This document shows positions 14,201 to 25,229 of a DNA stretch of 64,000 nucleotides, piece after piece. How positions within the stretch are numbered: position 1 is the stretch's first letter; each line of letters starts with the position of its first letter. Origin of the DNA: Antedon mediterranea (taxonomy: Eukaryota; Animalia; Echinodermata); the NCBI RefSeq assembly GCF_964355755.1, contig NC_092678.1:15233881-15297880 (forward strand). Reading direction: 5' to 3'. A model generated the notes under the pieces. The model was not told where the DNA came from. It saw nothing but the letters and a program-made list of their open reading frames with translations, and did no database searches. The translations under genes and the position numbers were made by a program.

Positions 14201-17200
14201 GAATGTCTTACTTACAAAATTTGGAGGTCTGTGAACCTCGTGGCGACCAAATTGAAGAGGTTGAAATTACGCCCTCTCTACTTTCAAATTAGAATTGTGT
14301 TCGACTGACACTATTCTTATTTTTATGCACTTATCAACATGTTCTTAGACTCATCAACTTTATACAATTTTTTTTTATGATGTCTTTAGGCAATGTGGCC
14401 AAGGGTTACCAATAGTGAATTAATCACTGTCCTATCAGACAGATGGTAATCCCCCTGATACAGGGGCTATTTTGTGAACCAGTTCACCGGGGTAACCCCC
14501 TTTTCTTTTCGAATAATGAACTGGGTTCTTTAAAGTGCACACAGGTTATAACTGTGTACACTGGACCTACGGTTTATAATCCTTATCCGAGAAGACTTGT
14601 TCCACCACCAGAACTAGGAGCGAGTCTGCCTCGAACCTTTGCCGATGTTGTTGGCTCTTTAGGTACGGTGAACGGCGCTCCTGTCTTAACTGCTCGGCCA
14701 TTTGACTTTTTGACTAATTAAAGTTAAGCCAACAATGTTTCCTTTAGCTTGAATAGTGAGTGTCCGAAAATATCTTATTCTCACAAAGTGTTTCAATTCA
14801 ATCGTAGTAATGAACCAGTAGATGCTTATTTAAAATGAATCACGATACCCCGTAACCGTATATACTGTGTTCGCCCACCACAACCAAACGGTTGCATTAA
14901 GATAAATGTAGAGTTTATTTTAGTATTGATACGACCATGATTGTAGGCATAGTGTGTATCGACATAGGATATCTCACGTAATATCAGTTATCTAGCTTCG
15001 TATCAGCTGGACCGATAGGCATATTGTACATGTACATACGATTTCCTTATTAAAAATAGTATTCCACTGAAACAACATTAAACATTGAATCTTATATATT
15101 TGACAGACTTTAGCAGTACGCATAATTGGCAACATTAAACACACACTGCAATATATTAAAGTTAAAACGTATTATTTTTTTATAAACGTAAACTGTAACA
15201 ATATTAATACCTGTACTGTGATTATTTTGAAGGTTCAGAATATGTATAAGACAATTTTTGCTAAAATGGAAAGAATGAAATATGCCGAGCATGTAGATCG
15301 TGAAATGTACATGGTCAACAACAGGGTAAAATCACACGAAGGTATTGAGAAACTTAAGAGGAACGTTGTTAGATACATGAATGTAATAGGAACGAAGGTC
15401 ATCCCTCTAAAGTGGCTTGATTTTCAGGAAAGATTGCAAAAAATTGGAAAAACAAGACTGTGCATTTCATTTAATGAGGTAAAATTTGATTGTGCTTTCG
15501 TAACAGCAGTACCCGTGTCATGTTCATACCGTTTTCACGTGTATGTGTGCAAATTGTTTAATAGTAGTTAGGTACACCTAATCTGTGCTTTACAAAAAAA
15601 CGATAATAATATCCAAAGATATTGGAATTGAGTGTCGGTTCTTTTATTCTTCCATTTCCCTCTTGGTGTGTTCATTGTTATATGTTATGCAAATCACGTG
15701 TTCACGAGCGCTCGAGATAGTCCGACTCAGAGACTGCGTCGTGATTGTTTGTTAGATGGTAGTGTGTGGTAGTGGCTTACTAATAACATCAGTATTTGAG
15801 AGATTCGCAATTCCTCTAAAAGACACTGTAGAAAAAACAGTGTAGTTTTAGTATGATAGAATAACTATTTTGGTGTGTTCTGATTTACAATTTATTTTAA
15901 AAATGTGATTTTTAAATATGTGATTGTTTACTTATTTTATAGGCTTTACCAAATACACTCCTTAAATTGTATCACATTTGAAAACAAATCTCCACCGCAT
16001 AAATGATATTGTATCACATATCAAATTAATAGCTAAATATGTAGATTTGTGTATGCATGTATTAATTTTTAATTCAATTATTTTAATTTGAAAAAAATAC
16101 ACTACGTATTAATTTTTTTTCAATATTATTATTTATATATTTATGCCCACTTTCGTTGCACTAAATTTATTTACAAGGCGTTAATCCATGTGTATTCATC
16201 GCCGAAACCTTCTTCACTGATCTTAACTAAAATTTAAAACTGCGCAAGTTCAAATTTGCAGAGTCACCGATGATCAATGAGCTTAAGGTCATTGCCGATG
16301 TCGGTCACCGCGTCACCGAGGATACGGGTTGGGTAGGTTTGGCATTGCATTGAAAACATATTGCGCAATAATTGGACGCCCGCTGGCCTAATTGCGCAAT
16401 ATCCGGGACGCGATTTTTTTTTTCGTACATAAGTTGGGGACCCCTTCATGAAACGTCACAAAATAAACATGAATAATTCATCAGTAAAATTTGTTGTTCC
16501 GTGTGCACCCAAGCGTATAGCAACAAGAAGTGATTACACAACTGCGATACGATACTTTCTACAGTAGGCCTAGGATTCCAAGTCAATTCACGTGATTGCC
16601 TTCGCGCACTCTTCTTCACACAAAATGTGTCGAGTCGAGGCTAATCGACAGCTAGGCAAGACATTAAACTAAGTAGTAATTCATTGGACATAGCCCAAAG
16701 AAAGCTTAGACCCACAAGAATAAAGAATGTGTATAATTTGTGTACTGTATTTTTTTAATTCTGCTATTTTATTATCAAACATGTACTCAAAGGAATTTTA
16801 AAAATGCGCGTATATGAACACATGAGATGGGAAGATTTCACCCACGAGAATAAAAAATGTATTTTTGTGTAATGTTTATTGTTTAATTTTGCTGACTTAT
16901 TACTCGGATTGTGTCATACCAAAGATAGTAAGTGTAACTATCTTTGGTCATCCTAACACACACACGTCACACAGCTACTACTACTACTAGAATAGACATG
17001 GGTTTAGACACTAATAATTAGGCCTAATAGTATTAATAGAAACTATAGTTTTAACACGTAATTCTTTAGTAATAAATTATATTAAAAACGCCATAAACTA
17101 AAGGCTGATTATTTCGACAATCCACACAAAACGCCGCTATTCTTCTATGAAATCGCACGCCGCAACAACAGCGGAGATAGGCCTAGAATCGTACCGCACT

Positions 17201-20200
17201 TGTTGCTATACGCTTGGGTGCACACGGAACAAGAACATTTAACTGATGAATTATTCATGTTTATTTTGTGACGTTTCATGAGGGGGTCCCCAACTTATGT
17301 ACGAAAAAAAAAATCGCATCCGGGACGCCCGCTGGCCATAAAAAGGTACGCATACTGGCCAAACCTACCCAACCCTGTAGTCACCGAGCGTCACTATAAC
17401 ATACATTTACGGCACCATAATAACACAATAAACTAGTCATTGGTTTTGCGAGAAAAACAAATTAAATATAAAAATAATATATCAAAACACTTACAATGAT
17501 GTTACCATTAACCAGATTATATGTGACAACCGAATATCAACGAATCATCATCCATCCAAATACAGAAATTGATAACATATGAGCCGTATCAAAAAATATA
17601 AACTAATCAACTAACTAATGCTTAGCCTAAATCAATAATCTAATGATAAGCCTTGTGAGTTATTGCTATATTATCACTAATTGTTTAAGATTTTTTTTAT
17701 TTTCCCCAATTTTCAATATATTAATATAATTAATACCATTGTAGTTTGTTATCACAATTTTTATATTTGCTAATTCGTATATTGGTATGAAACCGTTTAT
17801 TAAAATGTCAATTTGTTATCAGGCTTCTCGAATTGGCTCTGAATGTGGAATTTTCAAAGAAGCGATTAAAGTTGCCATAACGTATATGAATGACATTGGA
17901 AAGATTATGTATTCCAATAAAGACAAGAAATTAAAGAACACAGTAATAACTAATCTTCACACGATGATCCAGATGTTGACAACTGTGATCACAGTATTTC
18001 CACCACATATTGAAGATGTAAGTAGACAAATAATAATAATTATCATAGTATTAGAATGAGAAAATAAATTATTGTGTATACTTACTTACTTACTTATTTG
18101 CACAAAGGAGCAAATGAAGACGCTTTGGAAAAGACTTGACAAAGAAGGTATTCTTGAGGAGAAGTTACTACGTTATTTATGGAAAACTGAAAACCGAGAA
18201 ATCTTTATTGAAGTGATGAGAGTGTTTCGGTTGATCTTTGAGAAAAAAGGGGTAAGCATTGTTTGCATCAATTGATTAAATACATTATTATAAGCTATTA
18301 TTCCCTATCATCAATAATGTGTAATCATCTAAATGAAAACATCAATGTTGATAATAACAGGTACAAGAAGGTAACCGTGAATTTGTGGTGCCATGTCGGA
18401 TGAAAACTGATAATGAGACTAGTCTAGAAGTCACAAAAGATGACACGCAGATGGTATCAGTTTATCTGACTCCGACAGACTTCCTGCATGATGCCGTGTA
18501 CCACACATTAGTTGCTGCATTTCTTGAATTGACAGAATGTGATAATTCACAAGTGTTCCGGAATCGTAGTGATTTTAACTTTGAAGGACACAGAGTTAGT
18601 TTAGGTGCCGTAACAATTACGCGAGAAAATGAAAAACCACACGCAATAAAGGTATGTAATTAATGTGTATGTTTTTTTTATATCTTGCATGATATAAAGC
18701 TAAACTAATAATATAATGAATTAGAGTGTAATATGTTGAATACTTCACCAAATACCTATCATACATTATAATTTATCAACTTCTACGTCTAACGTAACAT
18801 TTTTCAATTACATAGATGTAGACAAACGCCACGTTTAATCGACTACAATGTATACAGAGAAGAGAATTTATAATTCATTAATTTTTATTATTAGCTTGAG
18901 ATATTTTGTCTTACAATCGGGCATTACAGCACATCTACCAATGCCACCACGACAGTATCTGAACCAAAACTGCAACCAAGTATCTGCAAGAAGGTAATAG
19001 TTATGATGACGTTGATGGTGATGGTGGCGGTGGTGATGGTGATGTACGATGACGTGTTCAATAAATCTAAATTACAATGATAGTAATAACCTAATACACC
19101 TTACTTAATGATTTAGGTACTAAACTACTTAAGGAATCAACTAAAGACTGTCTGCAATATATACGAGGGCAGTGGTTACAATTTACGTGTGTTGTGCGAT
19201 GCTTGTGATCCAAATGATCATCACTTAATTGATCTTGAAAAATGTTTGTTAAATGATACGGTACAATGTAACAGAATGAAGGCTATGAATACTACTCATA
19301 TTAGACACTGTTTTTTAACTGGTATGTATGTTCTCTTCTGTTTATAATGTCTTCATAGACATACTTAATATGTCATCCAAATTAAAATCTTGACATAACA
19401 CCTTCATCTAAATAAGTGGTCTACTTTTCATAGAGCCCGTGACAACTTCAAGTCAGCTAGTGCAGACTCCAGTGCAAGAACCAGTGATAGTACCAGACTC
19501 AGAGCTAATGCAAACTAAAGAGCCAATCGGTTCAAATGCAGGTATGTTATATTTTATGTTGACTATAAAGGTAATAATAAAACAATTGTAATTATAATAT
19601 ACACTGTAGTTGTATATAAAATACATAGATAAACATAATATTTCATCAACATTAAACCTTCAACATAACACCTCCATCTAAATAAGTGGTCTACTTTTTA
19701 TAGAGTCCCTGTCAACGCCAAGTCAATCGCATGAAACAGTACCAGAACCAGTGATAGTACCAGACTCAAAGCTAAGTCAAACTAAAGAGCCAGTAGGTTC
19801 AAATACAGGTATGTTTTATGTTATGTTGACTATAAAGGTAATAATATAATATTATAATATAATACAATGAATGTGGTGTGTTATTATTTCATTTATAATC
19901 ATAATTTTAAAGCAAGTGACAATTATGATTGTAATGATGTTAACTATATCCTATCTATATTGAAATAATTACATAATATTGTAATTTACTTTTCTGCAAC
20001 CTTGTAGATCTCTCAGACGATGAGTTTAAACAGTTAATTGCAGAGTTTGCACGATGGTATGATGAACGTGGACTCCTTAACAGACTGAAAGTTCTGTTTA
20101 AAGAAATGATAGACGACGTTGAAGCGGTGAATAGAGTTACCAGTACATTCGAACTGTTAGCTCTGTTAACTGATTCTGGGCTGTTGAGTCGACACAATAT

Positions 20201-20510
20201 GGCTGTGCTGTATGACACAATACAGATAACTAAACAAAATGGCTTTGAGGACATGGTTAAAAATAAGCTTCCTTTTTTCCAAGGTTTTGAGATCCAAATT
20301 ATAATATTGTCATTTTCAGAACATACCTTAAATCTGTTTAATTTGGGAAAAAGTCTTAGTGACTCAGATGTGAAAACTCTTGATGGACGATACAACTTTC
20401 CTGTTTTAAAGAGGTATGCAGATAATTGGAGTTTGATTTTGGATTTTGAAAAGCGAGGGTTGTTGAGTGAAGACAACATTGAATTGGTTAAAAAGAATGT
20501 GGAAAGTTAA
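396..20510 (+). CDS. Gene A: multi-exon Roco protein (ANK-cap-like / Roc GTPase / COR / linker / tandem DED-like); 5' end lies upstream of the window
   Basis: 16 exons with GT-AG sites and continuous phase: 396-480, 669-834, 1078-1175, 1396-1461, 2565-2710, 13141-13230, 13358-13549, 15233-15478, 17823-18017, 18108-18251, 18361-18651, 18895-18993, 19117-19321, 19434-19541, 19704-19808, 20008-20510 (stop TAA). Roc motifs appear in order across the exons. Confidence 0.88.
669..834 (+). CDS. Gene A exon, start of Roc with P-loop
   Basis: Translates WLVPPEIFAMGKEAIKIYKDELNNGEITVVNSRCMFLGKEGAGKTSCVKSMLRE: the PPEI..G..AI..Y pre-Roc motif plus GxxxxGKT. Confidence 0.92.
1078..1175 (+). CDS. Gene A exon, Roc switch I (STDGI)
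   Basis: RFNPNELSTDGIVT...; phase 2 in, phase 1 out. Confidence 0.88.
1396..1461 (+). CDS. Gene A exon, Roc insert
   Basis: tacag / gtatgt sites, phase 1-1, open frame DSELTKKMRENALAKKVDELRL. Confidence 0.75.
1783..1836. repeat. (TA)n microsatellite
   Basis: Direct reading; further (TA)n runs at about 2198-2208, 2260-2289 and 59245-59272. Confidence 0.95.
1837..2259 (-). mobile_element. (TA)n-embedded non-autonomous element with an internal tRNA-like gene and 51-bp direct repeats
   Basis: Direct repeats at 1837-1887 and 2209-2259 (2 mismatches), each next to (TA)n; a fragment of the body (ttgaaacgataaagatgaggaaatctg) recurs near 36549. Confidence 0.6.
1949..2020 (-). tRNA. tRNA-like Pol III unit / pseudo-tRNA (loop reads ATC, Asp-like)
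   Basis: GCCCCAG/TTGGGGC acceptor stem, A box TGGTATAATGG, B box GTTCGAGTC, CTGC/GCAG anticodon stem, T5 terminator; D stem weak, so probably not a functional tRNA. Confidence 0.55.
2565..2710 (+). CDS. Gene A exon, Roc switch II (WDYAGQ)
   Basis: ...ITSLWDYAGQLDYYITHR matches the Roc WDFAGQxxYYxTH motif. Confidence 0.92.
3463..4715 (-). repeat. Gypsy 3' LTR
   Basis: Near-identical to 10977-12229; PPT-like GGCAGGGTGAG precedes it on the minus strand (4716-4726). Confidence 0.95.
4942..9486 (-). pseudogene. pol: Gypsy pol (protease, RT, RNase H, integrase) with two in-frame TGA stops
   Basis: LDTGSQ protease, YLDD RT, HTDAS RNase H, HHCC plus D,D,E integrase (CIDF, HSDQG, QVERFN); TGA at 8272-8274 and 8062-8064, both in the same frame. 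Confidence 0.95.
9433..10746 (-). pseudogene. gag: Gypsy gag, PNMA/Ma-like capsid with CCHC zinc knuckle; frameshifted
   Basis: ORF 9554-10684 has LRQFSG..P.P..EVDFETW, SL..PAL and Q..GE.PS.FL.RL. The knuckle CYNCGEDGHHMRGC lies in a shifted frame at about 9545-9590. The natural ATG (10746) is out of frame by an extra AT. Confidence 0.88.
10952..10969 (-). promoter_or_regulatory. Primer binding site complementary to the tRNA-Lys(CUU) 3' end
   Basis: Minus strand TGGCGCCCAATGTGGGGC versus the known Lys1,2 PBS TGGCGCCCAACGTGGGGC. Confidence 0.9.
10977..12229 (-). repeat. Gypsy 5' LTR
   Basis: Near-identical to 3463-4715; followed by the PBS on the minus strand. Confidence 0.95.
13141..13549 (+). 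CDS. Gene A exons 13141-13230 and 13358-13549, Roc G4 region
   Basis: FFLTNTVSYCVVFS... continues directly from THR; then TNLDIILFWIRSV...PPISLVATHIDKL (G4-like VxTHxD). Confidence 0.9.
14380..14705 (-). mobile_element. tRNA-derived SINE (family 1)
   Basis: Minus-strand A box TGGCCGAGCAGTTAAG, B box GGTTCGAGGC, core GGATAAGGA..ATAAACCGTAGGTCCAGTGTACAC shared with 50524-50835. Confidence 0.8.
15233..15478 (+). CDS. Gene A exon, Roc end / COR start (IPLKW)
   Basis: ...MYMVNN...GIEKLK...KVIPLKWLDFQERL; phase 0-0. Confidence 0.88.
16323..17378. mobile_element. Small TIR element hosting the Mutator-like MITE
   Basis: Inverted ends gggttgggtaggtttggc / gccaaacctacccaaccc; gtcaccgag on both sides. 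Confidence 0.55.
16410..17317. mobile_element. Mutator-like MITE, about 120-bp TIRs, 9-bp TSD ATCCGGGAC
   Basis: TIR gcgattttttttcgtacataagttgggga...; TSD at 16401-16409 and 17318-17326. Confidence 0.88.
17823..19321 (+). CDS. Gene A COR exons (17823-18017, 18108-18251, 18361-18651, 18895-18993, 19117-19321)
   Basis: AITYMNDIGKIMY, L..EGIL, FVVPCRM motifs; every exon has a paralog with the same splice phases at 58050-60262. Confidence 0.9.
19434..19808 (+). CDS. Gene A duplicated P/E/S/T-rich linker exons (19434-19541, 19704-19808)
   Basis: Two phase 1-1 exons sharing EPVIVPDS.L.QTKEP.GSN, with near-identical flanking intron sequence. Confidence 0.8.
20008..20510 (+). CDS. Gene A terminal exon, tandem death-effector-domain-like module
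   Basis: DLSDDEFKQLIAEFARW...RLKVLFKE...TFELLALLTDSGLLSRHNMAVL... and SEHTLNLFNLGKSLSDSDV...WSLILDFEKRGLLSEDNIELV: two repeats of the DED pattern L...LE..GLLS..N...L (family assigned by eye). Confidence 0.78.
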
Positions 20511-21831
20511 ACTAAATGTAGATGACTTTGTGGTGCTATATTTTAACCATTTGTGCAATTGATATAGTGTGTATGCACTAGGCCTATACACATTTACGTA
20601 TGGGAACATTTCAGTAAATATCGCGTACCGTAACTCTTATTAATGCGTGGCTCAGAGTTGATAACAAAGTGTTCCGTAACCGTTTTAGCCTAAATATTTC
20701 AGGTTGTTACGGATTTTTCGTCACTACCGATAAGATTCTGCGAATTGTTTGATACTAATACTGTAATAATAATAATAACTAGAGTATTTTTTATTTAGGA
20801 AAACTTTTAAGAATGCACATAACTGTCCAATTGTACCATTCATTTTTACGTTTGCTTGCGCACTTCTATTTTACGTTGTAATGCAGTTTATGCATTGATA
20901 CCATAGTACAATTTTTTTTTATAATATAAAGTATAGTATAGTATTGAACAGCTATTTCGTTGAGATATTTAATGTAGGTACAGTGTGATATAAAACGTTA
21001 TTATGATACCGCACTCTAATGCAACTCAGAAGGTAATTACTGAAAAAGACAATGATGTGAGTATCAGTGACTGGATTTCAATAGAGATACAAATAGATTA
21101 AAAACAAAGTGCTAAATTAAAACGAAAAAGTTAATCAGTCAAAACAAATTGCAAAGATTTCGGGTATCACTGACCCTTCCACCATGCAAGTAATACATTA
21201 TAGTATTGCAGTAATACAGAAGTAATGTAATATAAACGTCTATTTAAATTCAGACGTATATTTGGCAATCGATTGGTAACTCCAACATTTCACTCGCATA
21301 TTTTTCCCGTTTGATTTTGGCGTTATGCTTGACAGTGCTGATACCATGTCAGTACAAATCAATGCTTTTTTAATCAGCATCTTATGCATTTTGGTAAATT
21401 GAAATTATCCGGAGGTATATTACATAGTGCCTTTTTGTAAATGCTATTCCAGTGTTCAATACTGTACTTCTAGATTAGGTTTTATTACTGTAATAATAGT
21501 TTACTCTGAGACATACATAACAATATACAAGTTACTAAAATGATGTGTCTAAGCTACTGCTAAACATCACATTAAGTAACTGTAACCATTATTTTTGCAC
21601 CGGCATTTACATATTTACACTGACTTCCGGTATTTTGTGTATTTTCTACATTAAGCGATCATGTAATGTTTGTAACTTTCTAATTTTTTTATCGATAATA
21701 TACTGTTATTTTGTATATTAAAGCTCTTTTAATATTGATAATGTTTAGTGCATTGACATTTTACAGACTGAAATAGATATAAGAAATGATAAGAATATGA
21801 AGACAATAAACTACTCACTTGTTTGAATTAC

Positions 21832-22125
21832 TACAAGATACAAGATACAAGATACAATAAAACTTTATTGTCAAAGGCCAAACATGTAACAGTTGAAATT
21901 ATTCTTGCTTGCGGCAAGAACTCACCATACTACAACATAAATAAATACTAAACTGAAACATTATCTAAAAAATCTACAGTTGAACTCATGGATTGCATTT
22001 ACTAGGAAGGAGTTTCTGTGCCGATTAGTAAGAACCTTGAGAGGCCTAATCCTACCTGACCTTTGATACGCAATATACTGATTTAGGGGGTGTTTAGTAT
22101 TATTCATGATCTTGACAAAATGCTA
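21832..22125 (-). mobile_element. 3' fragment of a LINE with a (TATCTTG)n tail
   Basis: Minus strand encodes KIMNNTKHPLNQY...RSGRIRPLKVLTNRHRNSFL, then AATAAA and a tandem-repeat tail. Confidence 0.7.
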
Positions 22126-22162
22126 TATGTTGTATTCTATTTATTTAATCGCCAGACTCATA

Positions 22163-23393
22163 CACTCTTAAAACAAAATTGACTCAAAATGAATACATTT
22201 TGACCCATCATTTGGGAAAACCGTGGATGTGCCCAAGTGGGCTTATTCCGACTTAACATATAGGGTCAATCAAAATTGGGTCATAATACCCAATTGTTTG
22301 GGTTATGCTGACCCAACAAATTTGTTCAAGCAAATTGTTTGACCTATGTTTGGGTCAACCGTGAACATGCCCAGACTGGGTTATGTTGACGCAAGTTGGC
22401 TCATTATAACCGGGTCGTGGTGACCCAATATTGGGTTATAGTAACTAAGTAGATTGCTATAAATATTGAGTTATTACAACCATAGTTTTAGGTCAAAACA
22501 AATGGACAAAATGACAAAACTATGTATCTGTATCATTTGATATTTTATTCAATTCATTACATTGATTGAATTATTGAGTACTAGCGTAATTGAGTTTTAT
22601 TAATAAATTGTGGAGTGTGTATTATGTTAGTGCATACGATACCAATTGTAGTTAATATTATTTTTTTTTTTCTTAATCACAAAAGATAATAAATATATTT
22701 GCTTTCGTTATTAAAATCACATTATCATAATTATGATCACTCATTTTATATATAAAATAAACAGGATAATCTATTTTTAGCGCAGAATGTCCTCGCAGTA
22801 TCGTTCAGTAATATATACCAGTACCTGTCACTATGATGCCTTCATTTAGTAAATACTGGTAGGGGTGATCACAGAACAGATATTGTAGTAAACAACATCC
22901 TTTAGTACTCTTATTTGTCCAATAGGCCTAATAGATTATAATGACGCAGAAAGGAAATCAATCAAAATGTGTATTGTAAAAAGCGAAGTTGTACCAAAAT
23001 ATTTAATTTAAGTTTCAGGATACAGTGCTGATTTCATAATTTCTGCCTTACCTCATAGGAAAAAAAAATATTGCGAACCGGACGCATACTTTGACTAACA
23101 GCTCCAAATAGCAGTACATTGTGTTTCGTAAATAGTGAGATACGGGTGGCTAGAAACGGTATGGGTTCTTTAGGCTACTTGTTGTCTGCACTTAATCTTT
23201 ATTTTCCTTTACATCATCACCGGCACACGTTCACAAACGGTGTACATTTACAAAAACAAAACAAATTTTAATCATGAAGAAATATGACTACATTTTATGA
23301 TAATTTACCATAAATTATTGAAGAAAGCTTTTTTATTTGCTGAACAAACTATTGTTTAACACAAAATATGACGATTAATAACGTTGGAGAGTG
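22163..23393. mobile_element. Possible CACTA/EnSpm-like non-autonomous element
   Basis: ta|CACTCT ... AGAGTG|ta ends; dense TTGGGTCA/TGACCCAA subterminal repeats at 22200-22495; right end uncertain. Confidence 0.45.
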
Positions 23394-23502
23394 TAACAAT
23401 CAATTGCCAAAATGTTTAAGATTTGATTATGAAAAAAAGAACTTGTTTTGAAAATAATACAAAACCAACATCAATGTATTTTGATATTTTTATTTTAACA
23501 TG

Positions 23503-23587
23503 AAAAACAAGGCCATATATATGGCTGCAGTCGCGTGTTCAAGTTAGTGTTTATCGAACAACCGACCGACCAACCGACCGACATAGT
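23503..23587 (-). mobile_element. Helentron/DINE-1-like non-autonomous element, 3' fragment
   Basis: Reverse complement of the end of 60490-61232 (cacgcgactgcagccat..atggccttgtttt) with GTCG repeats. Confidence 0.7.
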
Positions 23588-24218
23588 AAGATGTAGTACT
23601 AAACGTATTCGTAAATTGTCAAATTATAGCGTGATATGGTAGTAATTGTATGTAGTTACATAATAAATTCAATTAGCAAGTTATTGTTTTGGTTTTTTTT
23701 TTCATCAGTGGCCGTATTCACCAATCACACTAACGGAGATATTTACCTTAAATATTAAGTAATTTCATTTAACTCAATACATATTTAGGTATTTCTCTTA
23801 AATCGTATTCACTTAGATTATTTTAATGTTAAAGGTAAGTGTGAATATGGCTAATGTGTTTTTTTACTCCTCGTGCGTGATGGGTTGATTTTCATAAAAA
23901 TGCTAAATGCAGGGATTCGCAATCTATTAAATGTAAATAATGTGCAAAAGATTGACATTGCGGCCAGAAAGCTTCTAAATTATTATGTTATATATAAATC
24001 AGTTTTATATGGTGTATAGGCCTACTTATGTTGAACAAAGGTCCAGGCACAACACCAAAATAATAGACACTATTTTGACTCAATAATTTTCGACAAATAG
24101 AACGCACTACCACAACATGTTATAGACAGTACCACTATAAATAATTTCAAACATATGACAAACACATTAGAGAGGAGGCAGTCAATACGATTATTAACTC
24201 ACTTGCCTCCTGTTTCAC

Positions 24219-24345
24219 TTAAAGGTAAGACATCTTAAAAGTAAGAACTCTTAAAGGTAAGAGCTCTTAAAGGTAAGAACTCTTAAAGGTAAGAACTCTT
24301 AAAGGTAAGAACTCTTAAAGGTAATAGTTCTTAAAGGTAAGAACT
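24219..24345. repeat. 16-bp minisatellite (TTAAAGGTAAGAACTC), about 8 copies
   Basis: Direct reading. Confidence 0.9.
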
Positions 24346-25229
24346 TCAAACATTACAAAAAACCTTTTTCTGTTGTTTAACTTTCTGAAAAAGTCTGATA
24401 AATGTATACAGCTTCACAGTGGCATTATTTTTTATTCAAATATTAAGAAGAAGATGCTACAGTATTATTAGGCTTATATTATAGGCCTATTCGGCGAAGA
24501 TATTTGGAAAATAAGTAACTTGGTATTTTGTGTATGTGGAAATGTAAGGTTATATTGGTTATAGAAAATACAATATGTCTATTTGTTATAAGAAAAAAAA
24601 ACAACTATTTTAAATTACTTGATTTCATTAATGACCGTGGTATCACATAATGTCGTATGAAAGAATCTCCAAAGAAAGTATAAAACAAAAATGATAGTAT
24701 TTATTTTTTATTTCCATATGATATCCAGCCACTGATTCCCATAGCATAAATACAATAACTATTTGTACCTATTCAAGAACTAAAATAAATCTGCACAATA
24801 TTGAAAAAATAATAGCTTTAAGTAATGTGATTTTCCCAATGGAATGCAACCAATCAAATAAATCAAATAAAAAATAATTATTTCTATTATCAGCAATTTG
24901 CTAAAAATAGACTTTCTACAGTAGTTATTGCCTCCAAAACAGGTCCCAATATGCAACGAAATCGCGTATTTTGTCTGTTTTTTTTTCGATTTTTGTGAAA
25001 TTTTTCCATAACGTGCATTTTAGTAGTGAAGTACGCATATGTTGTTTTTTTTAATCAAAGACGTTTATATACTTTTCGAAGTGAGGATTTTTTCTGTGTA
25101 ACAATATTTTTTTTCTATACTTTGGGTTATTTGATTTTAGTGTTATTTTGACCAATTCCTTTGTCTATCTATATTAAAAATGATTATTTTTTAATCAGTT
25201 CTCTGCAAACGTAATTGCTAGCTCTGTCA

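Noticed and set aside
396-20510. Naming gene A as LRRK2, DAPK1 or MFHAS1
   Set aside because: No kinase or LRR is visible and the C-terminus is DED-like; orthology cannot be supported from this window.
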